A stretch of 64,000 nucleotides of DNA from a virus (lineage: Duplodnaviria > Caudoviricetes), in IMG/VR virus record IMGVR_UViG_2595698952_000001, positions 179,051 through 243,050 of that record, one strand, 5' to 3'. The notes under the pieces are model-generated. The model had not been told where the DNA came from and did not search any database. It saw only the letters and a program-made list of their open reading frames with translations. Shown here in pieces: positions 57,653-64,000 of this stretch. Each line of letters starts with the position of its first letter. Position 1 is the stretch's first letter. The position numbers and the translations under genes were made by a program.

Positions 57653-57721
57653 GTCCTTATTTTTTTTTGTGTTCGAGGACGCATAAACTGCCGTAGGGGA
57701 GCCTAAGCTCCCCGGTCGCTG

Positions 57722-59287
57722 TTACGCGAACAATTCATCACCCATTCCACCGGTGAAGAAGTTGATTGACGACGCTGTTACGGTTTCTTCTTTATCACAG
57801 TCCCAAGGCAAAATGCCCACATCCGCAAAAGGTAATACAGTGTAGTGATGTGCTTCTTTGGTATCAATAATCGTACGATGTTTACCACGCTGCACTTCCA
57901 GGAAGCTGTGTCCATTCACAACACGCTTGTTGAAGTACATCTCACCATCGGCTTCGTTATCCAGACTTGAACAGTCGGAATACAACCCACGACCTGGCAA
58001 GCTCTTACAGAACCCGATTGGGTCTAAGGCTTTCAGACGTTTCCCTTCTGGGGAAATCTGGTGCGGGGCAATCATGAACCCGCGGTTACGCACGACCTGG
58101 TAGTTACGGGCCATACGGTAAATTTCTTTGATGTCACTACCGACTACGCCGTTACCGTGACCACCTTTACTGATAGTCCCCAGGTAATCTGCGCGAATAC
58201 CGACAACGTGATAGCCACGACGTTTCAAGTCGAGAATCAGGTCGTTGATGTAGTGCACTTTAAAATCGGAGTTGGTGTGCTTCTGGAACACGTAATCCCA
58301 ACCCTGTGCCTGAATCTTACCACACAGGTAATCTGACATCTGCGTTGTATGAGCAAGCTTTTCTTCCGCCGTCGCTTCTGCCGGTAACACCATGCGTGGT
58401 GCTTCACCTTCGAAGTGACCGTAGATTTGCTGATACCCGTATGCCAGGTTAACGTCGAGTTCGTTTTCCAGGCTCAAGTCCAGGATAATCGGTTGCAAGG
58501 TTCCCTTCACATCTGCCATGACTTTCTCAGGCGTGTTGAAGATAGGTACCGACAACGTCAGTAACAGACTGAACAATGACTTACAGTTAAAAGGAAGTGC
58601 AGGCATCAGCCACATCTCTTCCGTTATACCCTTATTACAGCCCAGCATTTGGTTGATAGATTTCCAACCCGTCTGCAAGCCATTACCCGCTGCCTTCTTG
58701 TTAATCGAGTCAAAGACTTTGATAAAGGGAGCGCGATTATCCGTCACCAGTTCACCAACCAGTGATGGAATCTTATTATGAGAGCGTTCGCTGAACGTGG
58801 AAAGCGTATCTTTGAGTTCGCTTAACGCGGTTTGTAAGTCAACGCGCGTTTCCGTACCGTTCAGTGAGCCGATAGCACGTCCTAACCGTTGCTTCAATTG
58901 CACGCCCTGAATACACTGGCGAAGCTGGAAGTAATATTGTGACACCTGACGGTTAAGATGCTCGATACGTTTCTCTGGGTCTTCAGGAACATCGTCTTCC
59001 AGGAACTTGGTAATCGTATCGTATAGAGGACGTACTTGAGTGGTGGCCAACTTCAAACGCTTCATGACGTTTGCGTGGTCGTAAGTCATGCCGCCGTCTA
59101 TGATGGATGTGATGATGTCCTTGATTTCGACGAGCGCGGACCTTTCGTCCCCTTCCTCGGCGTACTCAGGAAGCTTAGCCTCAAGCAAAACTTTTCTTAT
59201 GACATCGTGGTCCCTATCTGGGTCAGTCAAAAGACTTTCTGCGTAAAGAGCGGCTAAGGCTGTTATCAACATCATTTTATTGTTCAT
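57722..59287 (-). CDS. dnaB: DnaB-like replicative helicase (phiKZ gp118-like)
   Basis: LQTGWKSINQML, divergent Walker A (ALPFNCKS), SLEN, ADYL, PHQIS and RGKHR motifs; divergent from the capsid operon. Confidence 0.8.
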   Translation of the reverse strand: MNNKMMLITALAALYAESLLTDPDRDHDVIRKVLLEAKLPEYAEEGDERSALVEIKDIITSIIDGGMTYDHANVMKRLKLATTQVRPLYDTITKFLEDDVPEDPEKRIEHLNRQVSQYYFQLRQCIQGVQLKQRLGRAIGSLNGTETRVDLQTALSELKDTLSTFSERSHNKIPSLVGELVTDNRAPFIKVFDSINKKAAGNGLQTGWKSINQMLGCNKGITEEMWLMPALPFNCKSLFSLLLTLSVPIFNTPEKVMADVKGTLQPIILDLSLENELDVNLAYGYQQIYGHFEGEAPRMVLPAEATAEEKLAHTTQMSDYLCGKIQAQGWDYVFQKHTNSDFKVHYINDLILDLKRRGYHVVGIRADYLGTISKGGHGNGVVGSDIKEIYRMARNYQVVRNRGFMIAPHQISPEGKRLKALDPIGFCKSLPGRGLYSDCSSLDNEADGEMYFNKRVVNGHSFLEVQRGKHRTIIDTKEAHHYTVLPFADVGILPWDCDKEETVTASSINFFTGGMGDELFA

Positions 59288-59301
59288 GGAGCATCCTTAA
59301 A

Positions 59302-59826
59302 ATGCAGATTCGTTTTAGTCCACCGTGGGAAGTTCAACCTAACATAGATAAAGGGGCTGCTGTTAAAAGTTTGGAATTGCTCCAGGCAAGCTTCTTTAAC
59401 TGGTTATATGACAGCCCAAAAGGTTTCAGTTCCATTATTTTGCCAGAAGTCGGTCCGATTCCCATCTACAAAGCGTTGATGGCTCCGCCGTTACTTCCAG
59501 CTAAATATTATGACCAGGTGTTGAATCTGGTCGAAAGTGGTACCGATGCTTCTCTTACTGATTTATATGGGGAAGCATTCTCTGGTCGTCTACGTTGGGT
59601 ATTCACACAGCGTGGCGGCGTCATTGTGGCGTCATTTGCAGAAGCGAAGTCCGGACCGGGTTTCTCTTTGGGTGAAGACCACGCTGCGAAAAAGATGTTC
59701 TGCGCAGAACTTTTTAAATATGTGCGTACCAAGACTCGCGTCGTGGATGATACGTTCAGCACTTCTACGCAGTTCGCAACTCATGAAGTGCTGACGCAAC
59801 TTTACGCATGTCATTTATCTCAATAA
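59302..59826 (+). CDS. Conserved protein upstream of the major capsid gene
   Basis: 174-aa ORF; synteny (phiKZ gp119-like position). Confidence 0.65.
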   Translation: MQIRFSPPWEVQPNIDKGAAVKSLELLQASFFNWLYDSPKGFSSIILPEVGPIPIYKALMAPPLLPAKYYDQVLNLVESGTDASLTDLYGEAFSGRLRWVFTQRGGVIVASFAEAKSGPGFSLGEDHAAKKMFCAELFKYVRTKTRVVDDTFSTSTQFATHEVLTQLYACHLSQ

Positions 59827-59837
59827 GGTTGAATGAA

Positions 59838-62147
59838 ATGAAAGATACCCGAATCTCTAATCTGGAGAAGCTCGTCAACGCGGGTAACGAGCTTGTAGCC
59901 AACGTATCGGCTGGTACCTCCGCTTCCGATGTGTGGTCAACTGTTGTTGCTGGTGAATCTGTTCGTAAAAACGCGAAAGCTTTTAGCTCGCTGAACGACA
60001 GCGCTGCCCAGCAGTACCAAACCGTGTTCCCTGGCAAAAGCATGTCTCATGCTGCCCAGGTAGCTTCTGCAATGATTCTGGGTGCTGCCGGTCACGGTAT
60101 GGATCTGGTTCAGGCCGTTGCTCACGAAAGCGCGAATCCGAAGTACGACAAGTACATGCCGATCGCTATCCCTGGTGCCGCTACTCTGGCTGCTGACTAC
60201 GGTAAAGACCCGCTGGTTGCGCGTGAGTATTACACCAACAAAGACTACGACCGTAACCTGGGTCTGACCTGGACTCTGAACGTTCGTGCTCTGGAAACGC
60301 AGTCTAAGTTCGCTGAGACGCTGTTCCCAACCATCACCGTTGAAACCAACGATGTTGGTATTACCGTTCGTACCAAAGTTACTACTGTAACCCGTGGTAT
60401 TCTGAACGCGCTGCTGACCAAAGATGTGGTTGAAGACCACCGTCAGCCGCTGCACAACGCCCTGTCGAACCACAAAGTTCTGCAAGATGACGCGATTCGC
60501 ATCGTACCTTACGTGATGGAAACCGGCGACAACGCTGAATACTTCATCGACGCAGGCATCGTGCCGAACGAAAACGTGCAGCTGGGCCGCGTACCGCCGT
60601 ACCCAACTAACTACCTGACCTTCGAAAAAGAACGTCTGAACCTGTTCCAGCTGGCTGCTCATCCGGGCATCGTGCAGGAAGGTTACGACGAAACTGACGA
60701 AATCGCGCCAGGTGCTGCTCTGGGTAGCCTACTGATCTCCGTTCGTAAACCGAGCGAAGATGTTGCTGATGGTGCGCTGATCAAGCTGAACGTACGCGAC
60801 ATGCAGTTCGCTACCTTCCAGCGTCCTCCTGAAGGTGACGGTCGTGAGCTGGTGCTCCAGTTCCGTCGCACTGCGTTCTCTCTGAACGCCAAGTCTCTGG
60901 ACTGGAAAGGCGATGACATCCCTGCACTGGCTGCACTGGCTCAGAACCAGTACACGCTGAAGTACAGCATGAACATCACCATGTCACTGTTCACCAACGG
61001 TCAGTATTCTGGTCGTGTTGACGTGTCTGGTAAGTCACTGACCATCGAAGGTCTGTTCGACGCCACTGGTAACCTGGTCGATACCAAAACTGGTACCGGT
61101 AAAGTTATCATGGACGGCCTGAAACTGGAACTGCTGGGCTGGCGTTTCGACGGTACTCGTACCAACGAAAACCGGAGAACCCAGGGCTTGCTGCTGGACC
61201 CAATCTGGGAACAGGAGAACTACAAGCTGCAATACGGTTCCCCGATCATGACCAAATCGCCGGTTGGTGTTGAGTATGACGACACCGAGCGCCTGGATGA
61301 CCTGGTTTCTGCGGTTAACATCCGTAACGAAATGCTGGCTATCACCCAGACTCTGAGCTACACCGAAGCTGTGAAAAATGCTTTCGAAAGCATGATCACT
61401 CCGTGGGACAAACCAGCCATCCGTGGTCTGGGTCGTCACTGGGTTGCTCCGTGGTACAAAGAGAGCGACTACAACGTCGATCAGGTTATCCAGTCTCTGG
61501 ATACCAAAGATGCACTGATCAACGCCCGTCAGGGTCTGGTACAGCGTATCGGTGACCAGGTTACTCGTGCAATCCAGGACAGCCGCTTCATGCCTGCCCT
61601 GCGCCTGCTGACTGCTAACCCGGACGCACTGCCGAAAGTCGTTATCGCAACTGATGAGCCAACTGCTGCTATGCTGCTGCTGACCCAGGGTGACCAGCGT
61701 CTGCTGGGCGATCGCTACGAGTACGAAGTCATCACCACCAACGATGACCGCTGGCGTATCTGGAATGCCGCGGATGAGTCTTGGACTCGCCGTCTGCAAT
61801 GGGTACTGAAAGTGCCTACCGTTGATGACGGTTCTTACTGTGTTCTGAACTGGGGTAACCACTTCTGGTCTCCGATCATGGTAACCAACATCAACATCCA
61901 GCGTAACGGCGCGACCAGCAAAGAGCTGGCTGTGCAGCCACGTAACGCCCACATCTGTCACTGCCCGATCACTGGCCTCATCTGGATCAAAGGTATCACC
62001 AAATACGTTGAAAGCAAACTGGCTTACAACGTGTCTGTTGAATCCAATGGTACCGGTGCGACCGATGGCGGCAACGGCGGTAACGTAGGCGGCGATACTA
62101 CTGGTGCTGGCACCGGTGGTACTGGCGGCGCGGGTACTGGTTCTTAA
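59838..62147 (+). CDS. Major capsid protein precursor (phiKZ gp120 / SPN3US gp75-like)
   Basis: About 770 aa; strong codon bias; propeptide ending near VARE-Y; Q..FAETLFPTI segment; synteny with DnaB. Confidence 0.85.
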   Translation: MKDTRISNLEKLVNAGNELVANVSAGTSASDVWSTVVAGESVRKNAKAFSSLNDSAAQQYQTVFPGKSMSHAAQVASAMILGAAGHGMDLVQAVAHESANPKYDKYMPIAIPGAATLAADYGKDPLVAREYYTNKDYDRNLGLTWTLNVRALETQSKFAETLFPTITVETNDVGITVRTKVTTVTRGILNALLTKDVVEDHRQPLHNALSNHKVLQDDAIRIVPYVMETGDNAEYFIDAGIVPNENVQLGRVPPYPTNYLTFEKERLNLFQLAAHPGIVQEGYDETDEIAPGAALGSLLISVRKPSEDVADGALIKLNVRDMQFATFQRPPEGDGRELVLQFRRTAFSLNAKSLDWKGDDIPALAALAQNQYTLKYSMNITMSLFTNGQYSGRVDVSGKSLTIEGLFDATGNLVDTKTGTGKVIMDGLKLELLGWRFDGTRTNENRRTQGLLLDPIWEQENYKLQYGSPIMTKSPVGVEYDDTERLDDLVSAVNIRNEMLAITQTLSYTEAVKNAFESMITPWDKPAIRGLGRHWVAPWYKESDYNVDQVIQSLDTKDALINARQGLVQRIGDQVTRAIQDSRFMPALRLLTANPDALPKVVIATDEPTAAMLLLTQGDQRLLGDRYEYEVITTNDDRWRIWNAADESWTRRLQWVLKVPTVDDGSYCVLNWGNHFWSPIMVTNINIQRNGATSKELAVQPRNAHICHCPITGLIWIKGITKYVESKLAYNVSVESNGTGATDGGNGGNVGGDTTGAGTGGTGGAGTGS

Positions 62148-62169
62148 TCAGTAGTCGAACGTTAGGATT

Positions 62170-62206
62170 AGCTTACTCCCTTCGGGGAGTAAGCTTTTTC
62201 TTTTTT
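62170..62206 (+). terminator. Rho-independent terminator
   Basis: AGCTTACTCCC-TTCG-GGGAGTAAGCT plus T tract. Confidence 0.8.
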
Positions 62207-62221
62207 ATCCTAAAATTTCAC

Positions 62222-62235
62222 GGATAGATATTATC
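62222..62235 (+). promoter_or_regulatory. Phage promoter motif
   Basis: GGATAGATATTATC. Confidence 0.65.
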
Positions 62236-62274
62236 TACATGACAACCGACTGTTCTATCTAAAGGAGAATATAA

Positions 62275-63117
62275 ATGGCTTTCCGTTACGAGTTAAAGCA
62301 CCTGGATAATATTAAACGTGTGTTTGGTGGGATGATGCTCGAGTTTAATACCGAGAATTATAGCTTCCGCCCGCCCGTTTTTCTTTCGAGTGTTAAGTTC
62401 GATTTGCTTCACAACTTTATTGAATTGCAGCTTCGACAGATGAAAGGGGATTTTGGTAAGTATAAAGACCTTGAGGGCGTGGACACCAAGAAGGTCACTA
62501 TCCTGACTTTTTCGGATAAACTTTCTTTCCTTATTGGTAACGGCTATAGCTCTACGGACGACCCGAAGTTTGAGCAGGAGACCATTGCAAGCCACACTAA
62601 ATTTATGGAGTTGACTGGACTTTATCGACCAGGGATAGCTATTACTGATCTGGTAAAAGACCACAATCTGCATCGTTGTAGTGTGGTGCGATTACAGCAT
62701 TGTATTTATCACCCCAGTATTCCAAGAGAAGAACCCTTAGTGGAGCTTCGCGATAATGGCCACCGCGATATGTCGAGTTTACTGCACGACGTTAGTCGCT
62801 GGTACTCAGCCGACCAGGACGACGTATATGGGTTGGTGGTTAAAGATAAAGGCGATATTGCAGCGCTGGGGCACCTTAATCCGTTTACCCTGGAACATCA
62901 ACACAACGGTCGGGCGTGGGTGCCAATTCGTCCATTACCAGAGACGACCTCGAATGAGCTTTCGGCGGTGGCAGATGTGCTAGGGGGTATCGCCAATATG
63001 GGTTCTTTACCTGAACATGATTACCATTTGAAGATGGTGAATGGTCTGGGCGAAGTGGCGGTCGGTCGGTTAACTAAGCAGCAAATCATGGAGTTGGCTA
63101 ATCGGTTAATAAAGTAG
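62275..63117 (+). CDS. Hypothetical protein
   Basis: 280-aa ORF with AAGGAG RBS and its own promoter motif. Confidence 0.7.
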   Translation: MAFRYELKHLDNIKRVFGGMMLEFNTENYSFRPPVFLSSVKFDLLHNFIELQLRQMKGDFGKYKDLEGVDTKKVTILTFSDKLSFLIGNGYSSTDDPKFEQETIASHTKFMELTGLYRPGIAITDLVKDHNLHRCSVVRLQHCIYHPSIPREEPLVELRDNGHRDMSSLLHDVSRWYSADQDDVYGLVVKDKGDIAALGHLNPFTLEHQHNGRAWVPIRPLPETTSNELSAVADVLGGIANMGSLPEHDYHLKMVNGLGEVAVGRLTKQQIMELANRLIK

Positions 63118-63173
63118 CGCTATCTTTTTACGCTACACGCAGTCGTTATGCGGGTCGCGTTCAAAGTATTCTG

Positions 63174-63187
63174 AGATAGATATTATC
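63174..63187 (+). promoter_or_regulatory. Phage promoter motif
   Basis: AGATAGATATTATC. Confidence 0.65.
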
Positions 63188-63226
63188 TACGTGGTTGTAT
63201 CTATTGGTTTTTAACTGGGATGCGAA

Positions 63227-64000
63227 ATGAATCGTTATGATTTAGACATTGAACCGACGATTACGCAGCGACCCATGTATCATGGTGTCGTGAAGAAGAC
63301 CATCTCCTACGAAAACAATACAGGTATTCCTGTCCACGTCACTGAACTCAGTGGCGGCAGCTTTATCTTGGCCCCGTCGTCACATACGGCGTCGGAGTTC
63401 GGTATCGTCATTTACGTGACGTATAAAGCAGTCGGTGGACAGGCTAACCTGACGGGGCTTCGCGAAGGATTTCCTGCGAAGCAGTTTTCACAAATGTGCC
63501 GTGAGATACAAGAGTCGGGTGAGACCACATTGATGTACGTGGTGTCAGATATCTCGGCATTGATGCACGGTGACTTGGTGGTGTTGAAGAAGCTAGGTAT
63601 GGCGTTTTCTACACAACCGGTCAGACTTGATTCCAATCCCATTGCATTGCCGGGTGGTGAACGGAGCGAGTTTACGTTGGGGGTCGTGGTTGTACAGCGG
63701 TACGACGATCCGAAGGTATATCGTTGGGTACGGTTCTATACCACGCAAGTGGAAGTAGACCCTATCCGGTCGAAGTATTACGATGAAGGGATTTACATGG
63801 TGATTGGTGGTGGGAAGTTAGCAGAGGGTGGCAGGATGTTGCATTTCACATTCGAAGACCCACTGTCACCGTTCCGGGTATTTGCATCTGAAGACGAGTC
63901 GAAGGCGTATCGTTGGATGGACGCAATTCCAGACCTGCGTGATTTGCGCAGTAAGCTGGAAACCAACTACCAATCAAAACTTCAGGATTTAGACGATAGA
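63227..64000 (+). CDS. Hypothetical conserved protein, 3'-truncated by window edge
   Basis: MNRYDLDIEP... reading frame appears to run to the window end. Confidence 0.65.
   Translation, partial: MNRYDLDIEPTITQRPMYHGVVKKTISYENNTGIPVHVTELSGGSFILAPSSHTASEFGIVIYVTYKAVGGQANLTGLREGFPAKQFSQMCREIQESGETTLMYVVSDISALMHGDLVVLKKLGMAFSTQPVRLDSNPIALPGGERSEFTLGVVVVQRYDDPKVYRWVRFYTTQVEVDPIRSKYYDEGIYMVIGGGKLAEGGRMLHFTFEDPLSPFRVFASEDESKAYRWMDAIPDLRDLRSKLETNYQSKLQDLDDR

Noticed and set aside
59937-61961. 241-aa and 308-aa antisense ORFs over the major capsid gene
   Set aside because: Shadow ORFs in register with the capsid codons
1-64000. tRNA genes, introns, inteins, homing endonucleases, alternative genetic code
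   Set aside because: None recognised by eye; core genes are continuous, of expected size, and read through with the standard code

Overview
This window is a 64 kb segment of a nucleus-forming jumbo phage genome (Chimalliviridae, phiKZ-related). Gene order closely matches the SPN3US-like enterobacterial jumbo phages. It holds the conserved core block: family-B DNA polymerase (C-terminal half), chimallin, non-virion RNA polymerase subunits, SbcD-like nuclease, ChmC-like, gp68-like and PicA-like genes, and an SF2 helicase. It also holds a virion RNAP beta' middle subunit, the separately encoded exonuclease/motif-A half of the DNA polymerase, head, ejection and baseplate proteins, DHFR, two clusters of small accessory genes, a DnaB-like helicase and the major capsid protein. 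No tRNA, rRNA, CRISPR array, intron or transposase was seen. Many family assignments rest on motifs plus synteny recalled from phiKZ/SPN3US, not on database searches. The most notable observations are: (1) a small accessory protein carrying RNAP beta and beta' active-centre-like motifs; (2) a repeated AATTCGACCATTA element at fixed spacing before accessory genes, often after a hairpin; (3) two candidate programmed -1 frameshifts; (4) Gly-Leu repeat tails on the PicA-like protein and its neighbour; (5) a recurrent AGATAGATATTATC promoter motif, including one copy inside a gene.
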